From positions 124,001 through 188,000 of the forward strand of contig NW_026515683.1 in NCBI RefSeq assembly GCF_025526975.1: a stretch of DNA of 64,000 nucleotides. Reading direction: 5' to 3'. Positions 52,709-64,000 of this stretch are shown in pieces. How positions within the stretch are numbered: position 1 is the stretch's first letter; every line of letters begins with the position of its first letter. A program made the translations under genes and the position numbers. Source of the stretch: Fimicolochytrium jonesii. Lineage: Eukaryota. Under the pieces are notes generated by a model. The model did not search any database and was not told the origin of the DNA. It was given only the letters and a program-made list of their open reading frames with translations.

Positions 52709-53176
52709 TCAAAGCACGACAGCAACAACAGCCGCCACAAAGCACACCCCCACCCAAGTCTTCATTCCCTTCAAACCCATCGCATCCCCACTCAAATCCG
52801 GCGGCAGCGACCCAGTCGGCAACGGCGCATTGCTCGCCGCCGGTCCGGCCCTCACCGGTGTGGCCACCGGCGGGAGGTTCAAATAACTTGTTGCGCTCGC
52901 GGTCGGATCCACGACGAGGGTGGCGGTCAGTGTAGCGTTTCCGAGGACGATGGTTGCGTTTCCTGCTGTGATGGCGGGTGTGACTGTGGTGTTGGAGGAG
53001 GTTGGGGTGGCTGTTGTGTTGTGGGAGGCGGGGGCGGTGTGGGTTGGGACGTGGGAGGATGCTGGGACGGAGGTTGTGGTGGTGCGGCCGGGGACAGCGA
53101 GGGTGTCTTGAGAGAGGGCTGTTGGGGCGAGGCTGGCGAGGAGGAGGAGAGCGGTGATGGGGTTCGGCAGCATCAT
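52709..53176 (-). CDS. Small secreted Thr-rich, probably GPI-anchored surface protein (155 aa)
   Basis: Signal peptide ITALLLLASLAPTALS; Thr/Pro-rich body with NxT sequons; SGDA omega-like site and hydrophobic tail WVGVCFVAAVVAVVL. Confidence 0.8.
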   Translation of the reverse strand: MMLPNPITALLLLASLAPTALSQDTLAVPGRTTTTSVPASSHVPTHTAPASHNTTATPTSSNTTVTPAITAGNATIVLGNATLTATLVVDPTASATSYLNLPPVATPVRAGPAASNAPLPTGSLPPDLSGDAMGLKGMKTWVGVCFVAAVVAVVL

Positions 53177-53783
53177 CTTGAGGAGGTGTGAGGTGATGTA
53201 TCGTCAATAAGCGCTGGAACGAGGGCGAGCGAAGGACTATGACCTCTATTTTATGCAGGCAGTTCACTGCAGCAGCAAGCACTCATCAGCAGCGAGCGGC
53301 CAGGCGCTTGGTCGCAGCGAAGAAGAAAAGGCGATAGGATCATAGGAAGAGGGCGAATGGATGCCGTTGGCGGGCCAAACGAGGCTTGCGGGAGCGTTCA
53401 CTTTGTGCGCTCTGTGGGCGGGCGGGTGTTCCAACGCGTCGCCTCCGCTTGCCCTCCTTTTGCGCGTGTCGTGCGAGTGAACACTGCGACGTGAAGAAAC
53501 TCCGACCCCCCCCGTCGCAATCCCGTCACTTCTTGCAAAAAACCTAAGCCTAACCTACCCCACCCCACTGGAAACTCAACTCCTCTACAGCCTATTACCC
53601 ATTCGCTACCAAGTCCTGCGTCTGCCCCTATCTCCATCTCCCGCTATAAACGACATCACTTTCAGTTGGGCTAGGCTGGGGCCTAAACTCATAATTGATA
53701 GGGCGGCATTGACGAGGCTGAGGGGAGACACCAAGACACTGTGTTTACTCCAACCAACGTCGATATCGTTCATCTCACTTTGA

Positions 53784-53865
53784 TTTTGGGCCCTGCCCTA
53801 GCCCAAATCTGATATCTCGGGGAGACGCTCCATTTGTCAGAATCGGGCTAGAGCAGGGCCCAAAA
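53784..53865. repeat. Inverted repeat: 29-bp arms (3 mismatches) with a 24-nt spacer; a third diverged arm copy at ~53662-53687
   Basis: TTTTGGGCCCTGCCCTAGCCCAAATCTGA (53784-53812) pairs with TCAGAATCGGGCTAGAGCAGGGCCCAAAA (53837-53865). Confidence 0.9.
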
Positions 53866-54721
53866 CCATAGTAAGAGGGAGGAGATGGCGAGAGATAGCG
53901 GAGTTAGGCGGAGAGATGACGTGCGACTTGTTCTTGAAGAGCTCCGCTCGGAGGGGAGTATAGTGTGGGAGGTGAGTATAAAAGAGATGCCGGGACGTCT
54001 CTCTCCGTCGGGATTTTCTAGCGATTTGGACTAGGCCGGATGTGTACGTTGTTCGCATTATACAGTTTACTTCAGCGCTGCCAGCTTCCATCAGTTTGCG
54101 ACCCGTGTCAAACAACTCCCAAAAAGCGTCGTTATCTGAAGAACCTCAACAAAGACCCCTCCTTCCTGATATCATCAAGATGCGTAAACACCTCCGTAAC
54201 CTCAGCAACAATTTTGAGGCTGGCAGGCCCGCTGCCTCCAAGCAGCCCACAAAGTACTCCGCGCCCGGAGGACAAGCCGCCGAAAGCTTCCGTGCTTCCG
54301 CCGGCTATCTTCATTATCGCGGGAGGATTAAGATCTACGCAGCGCTGCTGGCTGCTCATATCATGCACCTTTTGCTGAGGGTAGCGGACGACACGGATAT
54401 GCTGGAGCATGCTACGACAGCTCCTCGACGACCGTACCCACCCCTATGTCTGCTCCATTATGCAAACGTTTCGGGCACGCTACTCCCGCCGCTGACAGAC
54501 CCTTCTCTATGGGGTCGACCAGCTGTCGACACCTATCGGTCCCATGATGACCGCGATGCCCGTGGTGGTCAACGTTCGCACGGAACACTTGCTCGTCCGC
54601 CCATTCTCACCCACCGGTCCGACAATCCCATATTACCATGGGAACGCGGCGACTTAGGGCCCGCTCCGACATCCTTTCCCCATCGCGCAATTTACGGCCC
54701 CTATGAGAAAGCCTGGACCCG

Positions 54722-55198
54722 CGTACCAATCCTCAGTGGAGTCTCCGGCGGTCATCACTAAGGACAAGGACACGCTGGCCCAGTATACCCGCGATATCAA
54801 GGCGCTGCTATCCATTAGCGACGGGGAGTCGCAATGACCAGCAAAGCAAATCCGACTCACCACGAAGCGTCCAGAGTCCGCCGTACCAATCCCAGTGGAG
54901 TCTCCGGGGGTTATTACTAACGACAAGGACGCACTGGCCAAGTACACCCGCGATATCAAGGCGCTGCTATCTATCAGCGACGGGGGCCCACAATGACCCG
55001 CAAAGCGATATCCGACTCCAACAAAGCGTCCGGAGTCCGCCGTACCAATCCAGTGGAGTCTCCGGGGGTTATTACCAACGACAAGGACGCACTGGCCAAG
55101 TACACCCGCGATAGCAAGGCGCTGCTATCCATCAGCGACGGGGGCCCGCAATGACCCGCAAAGCGATACCCCACTCCGACGAAGACTCCAGAGACCGC
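54722..55198 (+). repeat. Tandem array, ~159-160-bp unit, 3 copies
   Basis: Units start with CGTACCAATCC at 54722, 54882 and 55041. Confidence 0.95.
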
Positions 55199-58100
55199 TG
55201 CACGCAAAACGGGACTCGATGATCAAAGTTCGCTCGCCCATCCGTCCGGCTCTCGGGCGTCTCTGATGTTCCGTTGACATGACGCCTGTAGATGACGAGC
55301 CGCCGCCAGACACACTCAGCGGACGTTGCTTTGGCTCCCAAATAGCGCAAGAACATCCGCCGAGCGGTTGCATCAAAGAACCGGCCCCGCCCGGCTAAGC
55401 ATCCCAAGATCGGCAGAGTTCTGGAGCCCACCATACCAACGTTCGGGAATCCTTCCCGTGCGTCCGCGTCACCGGTGTTCAAGTCTCCCATATCAGAGGA
55501 GTGCCCCGGCTCATCATCGTCCTGAACGGTCAGAAATCCTCCGTCGGGTACCTCTCCATCACCTTGGCGAAAGCTCAGAAACAGCAAAATCGCGATATCC
55601 ACCTACACCTCCACTGGCATCGACTTGAAGAACAACAGCGACTCCGAATCTGACGCTGCTACCACGTCGTCGGAAGGGAGCGAGCGGTACCCCACACACG
55701 GAAAGGGCAATGGACAACGTACTTGCGCTTAGCGACGACCACATCGCTTTGCAGGGCAATGGCTCTGATCCGCATTGCTTAAAGCGTCCGTCGAGACTCA
55801 CACACCGGTCGAGTCACCGCCGGACGCTCACCGCGGACGCTGGGCAACGACCGGCTCAAACCTGTTTCTCAAGCTGACAGGACGCACCAACAAGATCTAT
55901 GTCAACACAGCCGTGCACACCATCAAAGCCTGCGGGTAATCTCTCGTCCAACGAAACATTCACTTACCAAGCGGATACAGGCGTCCAGTTCATCGTTCCT
56001 CTCGCTTCACCATCAACATCGCCGCACTCTAGCTTCGGCATTATGGTGTGCTATGTAGACTCCGGTAGGCTCTTGCGGGGAGGCCTCCCCGGCGTGCCGA
56101 ACTCGGTGGACGCGTACACTGATCGTAGGTGGAGGGTGCCAACAGGGCAAATGGTCTGAGGCGGAAGACAAGCTTACCGAACAACGGCTCGCCGTCATCA
56201 ACCACAACCGCGACGACACTCGGCTCTCTCCCGGCAACGCATGTTGCGTTCGGGATCCGCGCAAGCTTGGACGAGCCTGGGGACCACACCGCCGACTCTC
56301 AAAGACATAAAGACAGAGGTGGCAGAAGGATTAGAAGCCGTGGAAACGATTTAACAGTGCGCCCCGACATCAGAGCCCGCCGCGCATATCAGCCAGTCAT
56401 GTCGCCAAACGCCTCGAGCAATCAAGACGGCTGGCGAGTGATGGCTGAGAACCTGGTCCGAAAGTTGGGCCGAGTGAGGAACCAGCAAAAATCAGCAAAA
56501 CCCTTTCCCCTCTACATCAACCATTTGAAATGGGGAACCCACTGTTTCGTCGGTCTTCTTCCGCATCGTCGGCCTCTTCCCCCGCCGCCTCGTTGTTGCC
56601 GAGTGAGAAGACAGAAAGTGAGAAGACAGACGTTTCCTTGAAACCGATTGGAGAGTTTCAGGTTTCATCAGCTCCGTCAGTTCCACCGGGAACGGATGGC
56701 TCGGCGGAGGGAAGTCCCCATACTTGATGTTCACATTGCTTGGAAGCGAGACAGCGAGAACATGGAGTGGACTGTCGGAGCTGCACGTTTCCCGACTCCG
56801 CCTACAGCGGTTCCTTGGCCGCCCTCCGCGAGCTTGGCGACCCAGAGATGTCGACTGGGTAGATTACGAGTGACCCAAACCACTCGTACGTGGCAGTCAA
56901 GAAGTGAGGGTTACGTTGCGAATATTGGGGGAGCGCTCAGTGTCGGAATGGACGGGCAACAAATCAGCACGGCCGTCCTTAGACATCACGCCGTCGGGTA
57001 CCTGCATATCCGCATTTGTAGTGATGACACCCTACCTCTCATCCCCTCGCCCTACTCTTGAAGGCGCAGGCCGAACACGAGGAGGCACAGGCATTGGTCG
57101 TCGAGTCCCAGCACAACCGACACCAACGAGCGGCACGCCCCAGCAGAGATCGAAACCATTTCAGATGAGATCGCAGTCCCTCAACCACTCAACATCCGTT
57201 GACGACGAGGGCGTATAGCGGATGCCCTTCATTCGCGACGAAGCCAAGCCCAATCGCCGCACCACGTGCCCGAGCCTCGCCGGCGCTCAAGCTAGCCTAA
57301 ACCATCATGCCGTCTCGAGCACAGCGGGGGACCCGACAACACCTTCACCGGGCCCCCGTGTGCCATCCTTCAATCAAAGCAGCAAAGCACATCGGCGTCG
57401 GAAAAAGGGGGCCTACAATAACTGTCTGCGTATCTCAGTCCAACGACACCTGTTGACGATGCAGCCACCTTCCTACTATATTAAGATATTTCTTTTTCTC
57501 GCTTCACGGTCCCACACCAGCCAGCCATGCCAGGCAATGAGAAGCTTATGACTTCTCCGCCTCGCTCTTCGCCACGAGCTGCACCAGACTTTCAAGCCTT
57601 AGTTCGGCGAAAGCGAAGGACAAACAACAAGATCATCAAAACCGAAAGCAAGCCGCGGAGGAGAAGGCACGCCAGAACTGGGTCCTGCCGGGGGACGACA
57701 GACAAGTCGTCCCCAAATCCGTAGATCCCTATACAAGATACATGTAACGGCCCTCCAATATCAATCCGGCCCTCGGGGGCCCAACGGATGCCGGGTACCG
57801 TTCAGCGACCCCACGGGTGCTTCTGTGTCATCCTCCATGTCGATCTCCCCCGACACCTTCTTGAGCACCTCCTCGGCACCTCCAGCGGGCGTGGCCGCGT
57901 GGGCCCTAGTTTACGGTTATCGAACCGCAGTGGCTTTTGAAGAACGTGAACAAGCCCGCTGTCCCCTAAAGAAACTCGGGGATTTGTTCCGTGACAAGGC
58001 TACCGTCAAGATGATCGATTAGACGCCTTCCACCCCCCCGCGGAAGCGCAAGAACAATCGACCAATATGCTGATTACGGAACAGCAAACGGAAGGGATGG

Positions 58101-59248
58101 TCCTCACGAAAGGCACTGAGCGCGCCGCCTGACTGCAACCACTGCCGACTCCGTCAAAACTCTCGCTGCTGCACCGCCGGCTCCTACAACTACTTTCGAC
58201 ACCGTGTGACCACCATCGACACGTCCACCACGACCGACTACATCGACCCTCTACATCAACCATTAGAAATGGGGAACCCACTATCGAAACGTACATGAGG
58301 AGGCCAGCGCGAGGCGACTGGGGACTGCTTCGGCTTCCTAATGGAGCACAATGATTCCAGGTCATTGCGCCGTACGTCGAAGTCATCGAGGCATACATAA
58401 GGACCGCCATCACTGATGCAAGCGGCGAAGTGAGGGCATATACCCGCAGCTCATACGAAACCTACAAATGTAGGTTCCCAGAGCGCGTTGCCTCGTAAGT
58501 ATATGATAATCTGTCATTCTTTCACCTTACGGCGGGCTGTCCCCAAGACTCATATGTGGTATTCCTTGACAGATTCAACGGCTCTTTATCGAGCTTAGCA
58601 AAAAAGGGATTGAAGGGTTACCCAGGTAACGAAAAGGGATTGGAGGGACGAGCTGCTGTGAAGCGTACAAATTCGATGCTCAAGTCACCACTTCCGTCGC
58701 GTCCGTGTCCGCGTCGAACCCCTGCTGCAACGGCGGCCGGAGGTCACGCACGAAGTCCCCCCGAAAACCTCAAGCCTTCTCTCGCTCATCAGGGCGGTCG
58801 TCGTGTGGTCTCCACCCCTGTGCAAGATCAACAACAAGAGCGCCACGCGCCTCACCCATCTCCAGATGCAGCAATGTCGGTCACCGGCTGCGGGAATCAA
58901 GCCGAAACACTTGCTACTTGATTTCCCCGACGCCTCGAGTGGTCAAGACGTCCTCGCCTCGTCGTTGAAGATCTTGCCGCTATAATCCACCAAGGTAATC
59001 GGTCTTCTCTTTCGCAGTCGTCTGAAGGGAAACTGACTTTGGAGTATTTCATCTCGCATTATGCAGGCATGAAGCATCACGGACTTGGGGATGACGGGCT
59101 CTACGACTGGCTGGGGGTGCTTTACCAGGAGCGCTCCCCAATATACTTCGAGAGCTCCATTCGAGTTACGTTTTGCCACAAGCGAGCACGATCAGTTAGA
59201 TATACGCAGGACGCTATGCGCCCATCCCCCGGGATCGGAAAAAGCGTT

Positions 59249-59695
59249 GGAAGCCATGCCCTCCGCGCGATCCACTGCCGTACACGAACCCCATCCCCAG
59301 CGACATCAGACCGCGGCGGCTCTCCCAGCAAACGAGAGCCATATGTAAGAAGCAGAACGACAACGGGCGACAAGTCCCCACAGGAAGCCGCGTCTTCACG
59401 TTCCGCCCCAAAAGCGATGGTCCAAAAGCCCGCGGTCCCACGGGACCTGAAAGAAGGCTGGAAGCGGTGCCCTCCGCGCGACCCACCGCCGTACACGAAC
59501 CCCATCCCCAGCGACATCAGACCGCGGCGGCTCTTCCCATAAACGAGAACCATTCATAAGAGGCAGAACGGCAGGCGATAAGTCCCCACAGAAAGCCGCA
59601 TCGCCACGTTCCGCCCCAAAAGTAATCATCCAAGAGCCCGCAGTACCACGGGACCTGAAAGATGGTTGGAAGCGGTGCCCTCCGCGCGACCCACG
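59249..59695 (+). repeat. Tandem duplication, ~210-bp unit, 2 copies plus a partial
   Basis: GGAAGC..TGCCCTCCGCGCGA recurs at ~59250, 59461 and 59668, with colinear downstream sequence. Confidence 0.93.
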
Positions 59696-62600
59696 ATGGG
59701 CTCGCCGCTAATATCGCAATTGTTTAGTGGCAAAACGCAATTCCCGGTCCCCAACACCGGAACCAAGCCCTCCACCAGAAGCCCTCATCCCTACAGCGCC
59801 ATTACCTCAAATCTTGATTCCACCTTCCAGCCCGGCCGATGTCCCACTCATAGTCATACTTTGCGATCGTCCCAGTAAAATATCTTTTTTCCTGGTTGGC
59901 AAGAGGTCTGCGGCCATAGTCAACAACAATGTCATCGGCCAACGGAACACCTTCAACGTCATCCAATCATCAGCCGTGGACCCACCACCAATCTTTGTTT
60001 GATACGTGTCTGAAAAGGTAGTTAACCTTGCACCCGTCATCTTCTCTATTTCTTGCACACCCATCTAAGCACGCATTTCCATGTTCCCATCTTCAAAGGA
60101 CGACGAGACGGCCCGCAAGCAACTTTCGCCTTTTCCCCCTTGCCCCCTACGCCAACCATTCGAAATGGGTAATCCACTGTTCCGTTCGTGATCCGCCTCG
60201 TTGCCGAGTGGGCAGCCGCAGACGGAGAGGCAGACGACGCAGACGCAGAGAGAGACGCAGACGCAGCCGGTGGTGACTCCGCCCCGGCAATGTCGTTCAA
60301 AGGGCGGAGAGAAACCTCCTCCAGGAGGACCTCGTTCTCCATGAAGGATCGTCCTCCTTCCGCAGAGAGACCGGTGACTTAACTCGTGGGGGAACACCCG
60401 CGATCAGCCAGGAGCTGTCGGTGGCCACTGCGTGTGGAGCGTCCTTGGGCCCCACGCCCATCTACATCCGGCGCCGCAAGTGGCCGCCTTTGCCGGCGGC
60501 CTTACGCAGCAAGGTAAGCTGATTGTCTGCTTGAGATGTGCATAATGTGGAATTTTGCTGACATCGTTGATTTGCGGTTCGCAGTTGGCGGCAGAGCGGG
60601 GATTTCGGCCCATGAGCTAGTAGACTGTTCCAAAGATTTGTCAGCCCCAAATTGAACAACGTTCTCCCGGGAACCCTTCGCAAATGTGAGTTGATAGTGA
60701 GATCCTTGCCAGAGATGCATTCTCTCATAATGTCATGCGCGAGGCAAAGTTCTCTTCGATCTGGCGTGCAATCTTCTCATCCCATTCTCTTCTCATTCTC
60801 GCAGTCATTGTACACAGTCAGATCATGTGAAACTTGGAACGACGCTTCTTCGAAGACGACTTCGGCTTCTGCGTTTGAAGCCACGGCGGGTGACGCTCCG
60901 GATAGCGCTCGTCACGACGAAAGCAAACAAGTCGACACCATCGTAGTATTCGTCCAGTCCGTTACCGCCGGGGACTCGTCAACAACCACCACCGCTCCTG
61001 TCGATAAAGATCTCGAAGCTTGGCGTTCGGCGTCCGTCCCACCCCAACAACCAGTACAAAGTCTTCGCGGTGGGTCGGGGGGCAAGTCGCCGACTGGAGC
61101 GGCTATCATCCGCCCTTCTTCCCGCCCTCCAAGCTTCGAGGATGCCCGAATCAGGCAGATTCGGGAAAAAATGCTTCGATTCGTAGACAAGCGTGCCGAG
61201 GAGATCGCGAGGAGATCGCGAGGATCTCCGCGGAAGATTTGGTGCGTCGCCTGCGGAGATTGCGACCGAAAAGGGCTTCGACGATGGAAGCTTGGCGTGC
61301 GGCGCGAATGCCGCCTAAGAGCCATCGTCTACCATTGCGGCGGAACTGCCGGTCAGCCTGATTAACCAAGCAGCTTCGGTGCACGTAAGCCTGCCCATGG
61401 ACGGGTTCCGTCTCCGGAGGACTTGAAGACTTGCTGCTTCGTTGGTATCCCCCGATGCTGGTGCTCGCGAAAAATACGACGCCGATGTCTACTTCCCTGA
61501 CTGCTGGGAGGCCTGATGAGCCGTCGGTCTGAAGTAAGCCCTCCTTGATGCTTCTTGCCAGGTTTTCATTTTGTATGCATTATTTCTTACCTCCTTCCAT
61601 TCAGCATCAATCACTATTTGACGACCTTGGTCGCTCCTCGGAGGGCGAAAACTTCATTCCGGCTTTGTGCTCAGTCGAAGGAAAGCATCCTGGACCATCG
61701 AAGATCAACAGAAAGGACGGAATCGCTACGCAATTGTTTTGGGCCGAGGACACAGGCATGAATCCCAAGAAACCCGTCGGCCCAATGCGTGTCCTCGCTC
61801 ACTGTGTCCGCTAAGCTGCGTATACGGCGCTCCTGCGGCAGCCGCAGCTTGCTGCTGCACTGGTGGGTCCCACTGGGCCCACCCTGTCGTTCCCAGACCT
61901 GTCCGCGACAAATCGTGGAAGCTGTGGAGATCGCGTCAGCGAGCAATGTACAGAAATGGAATGACATGATGAACCACGGACGATAGCCCTGAGAACCTCT
62001 CCTCCCGGGGTTGTAAGGCCCCCGTAAGATCCAGAACTCATCAACAAGTGTGCCCAAACAACGCCGCTATTGGTAGCCTGCCGGGTCATGTGAAGAGCTT
62101 GTCTCGCCCCTCAAGAGGTTGCCGGGGCGCTCATTCGAGTGACGAAAGGCCGATGAAGGATGTTCAAGCGACGGGGACTGAGATGACGTCGCGGGAGACA
62201 ATGATCCCTTTCCTCGAGCCTGCTGTACCTCAAGCAGAAAGAAGTTTAGTGATCAGTCGGAGAAGACTTCGAATGGAGGAGAACAGATTTTCCGAGGGAG
62301 AAAGCCGCAAAACCAGTAGCCGTCGTCCCGGCTACCCGGACAGATGCCCCGCTTTTCGGGAACCCAGGTTGAGCAAACCGCCCGGACTCTTGTGGCAAAC
62401 CGCGGCGAGCGGGGATAGCAAACGAGAAGCAACGATAGCCTCCGCATGCGCGTTGCCGCACACTCCATCCGCCGGGGTTTGCAGACGTTCCCATCCAGGA
62501 AATCCGGGAGAAGATGCTCCGATTCGTAGACAAGCGTGTCGAGGAGATAGCGGAATGGAACTGCGCAGAAGCCGGAGAAGCCCACTCGTTTCAGCGACTA

Positions 62601-64000
62601 CATGAGCTCCGCGGACCCCTCTTTCGCTGTAATCTCGACTACGTCCGCGAATACTTCGAATACCGCTTCCAAGGCACGGCGTTCTTGAACGCGCTTGCGA
62701 GCGTGGTACTCTTGTCGCTAAGGTGGTCAACCTTGCGACTCAACCATCCGACATGGACTCCCCGTCCGCATCTGCCACCCCCGCCTCCTCCTCCATCGAG
62801 ATCATCCTGAACATGGATGGAGTGCCGCAAGCAGCGACACCGCACCTTCCTCGCGCCACCTCCCCCCAAGCGCCGCCGGGTGGTCTCGGACAGCCCACGC
62901 GCATCTGCCGCAACCGGCCCCAGCATCGGCAATGAGGTTATGGCGGCCATTGCGCGAATGAAGGCGGAGAACTTGGAGGGGAGACGCGGACCTCCCGCTT
63001 GGAGGAGGTCGCCCCGTTTTTCGAGGAGGATTTCCCAATGGACCGTACGAAAGTCCCAGTCTGCGGACTACAATTGCTGCTGCCCGCGGGGGGTGCGGTG
63101 TTTCCGACCGAAGCGGAGGGGGTTGGAGGTGTTCTTGCGGACGCCCGGCAGGTACATTACCCCGGGCGTTCGCAGGAACTGGGGACCTTCGCCCACGCAC
63201 GGAAACCAAGCCCCGCCTCCCCTCAGCCCATCATCCATTGCATCAGACGCGACAAAGACCTCGGGTCCGGCAGACGGCACCACATCATCAACCGCGGAAA
63301 CCTCTGTTTCATAAACGCGATCCTCCAGCGTTTATCGATCGCCTCAATGAAGATGACGAAGTCACTCGTACCGAGGCCAGCGCAGGCAGCCATTCGGTAG
63401 CCTACGAGGAGCATCCCTTTTGCTGTTTTCACTGTCTTCCTCGACCGAACACCGACTTACGAACCCGCGTCACCCACAAACTCGCCCGTCAGCGCCTCCG
63501 CAACCCGTTCGCGAGTGGTGAGGGGATAAAGGCGTCGCTTTTCGAGTCAAGTCGCCGACCGGAACGGGCACCATTCGCCCTGCCCTCCATCCGCCGGGGT
63601 TTGATGATGCTCGAATCCGGCAGATCCGAGAGAAGATACTCCGCTTTGTAGACACTTGCGTGGAGCAGATAGTGAGGAGGACTTGGAGCGCCGCGCGGGA
63701 GACTGCGAAGGAGAAGACCCAAGCTTCACTCCACCGAAGTTCATGCCGCCCTATGTGGATGGAAGACCCCAACTACGTTGTTCGAATGTTTCAGAACATA
63801 ATTTACTAATTGGACATGTACAAGACTGTCTATGTAGCGCATGTGCTCGAAGACTTTCTGATGCACTTGGACATTCATTTCAATTGGACCCACTTTTCAA
63901 AAACAAATATCGTGCATGATGATGAATCCGATGCTAGCGGTGTTGGAGGGTCCTTTGGCATCACGGCCTGTCGCAGGCCTTTCTGCTGATGCCCGTACCA

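Larger units (their letters stand above)
53650..64000 (+). pseudogene. Degenerate repeat block: scrambled fragments of the 3581-5254 gene family, USP-like remnants and tandem duplications; runs off the window
   Basis: No intact conserved gene. Homologous fragments at ~54121-54263, 57055-57113, 57602-57819, 60990-61260, 62490-62550 and 63600-63700 carry stops and frameshifts. Confidence 0.75.

Noticed and set aside
59840..60010. Possible USP C-terminal region (AIVNNNVI...PIFV*Y)
   Set aside because: No His box is visible and the similarity is too weak.
62155..62170. KDVQ matching the spliced junction of the orphan gene, suggesting a retrocopy
   Set aside because: Only four residues match and the flanks do not align convincingly.
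53650..64000. Fanzor/TnpB, DDE transposase, reverse transcriptase or Helitron Rep
   Set aside because: I found no RuvC, DDE, YxDD or Rep motif in the frames provided. Highly decayed remnants cannot be excluded without an HMM search.

Overview
Gene-dense, intron-rich eukaryotic DNA with short GT-AG introns and CTRAC-like branch points. It is most likely from a flagellated, early-diverging fungus (chytrid-like); this is inferred from fungal-type CWC2/FMP32/CLD1 occurring together with CEP19 and PUS10. I reconstructed about 21 genes by hand: TRAX (partial), BET1-like SNARE, WDR44-like, CLD1/ABHD4-like hydrolase, FMP32/CCDC90, METTL6, PUS10, RAN, a WW-domain RS-rich protein, an AA5_2 copper radical oxidase, HOOK, CWC2, BUD23, an intronless phage/bacterial-like gene, FIP1, COQ10, a coiled-coil protein, a giant CEP19, a hypothetical basic protein, a zf-HIT protein and a GPI-type surface protein. 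Two accessory blocks break this order. The 2.0-7.8 kb block holds one apparently intact, spliced ~520-aa gene of an unrecognised family. The 53.65-64 kb block holds scrambled, frameshifted pieces of that same family, two ubiquitin-specific-protease Cys-box remnants, tandem arrays and a boundary hairpin. This orphan family with its associated USP remnants is my best candidate for an undescribed, possibly selfish or mobile, system. I saw no transposase, RT, Fanzor/TnpB, CRISPR, tRNA or rRNA. Family names come from motif recognition, not database searches.
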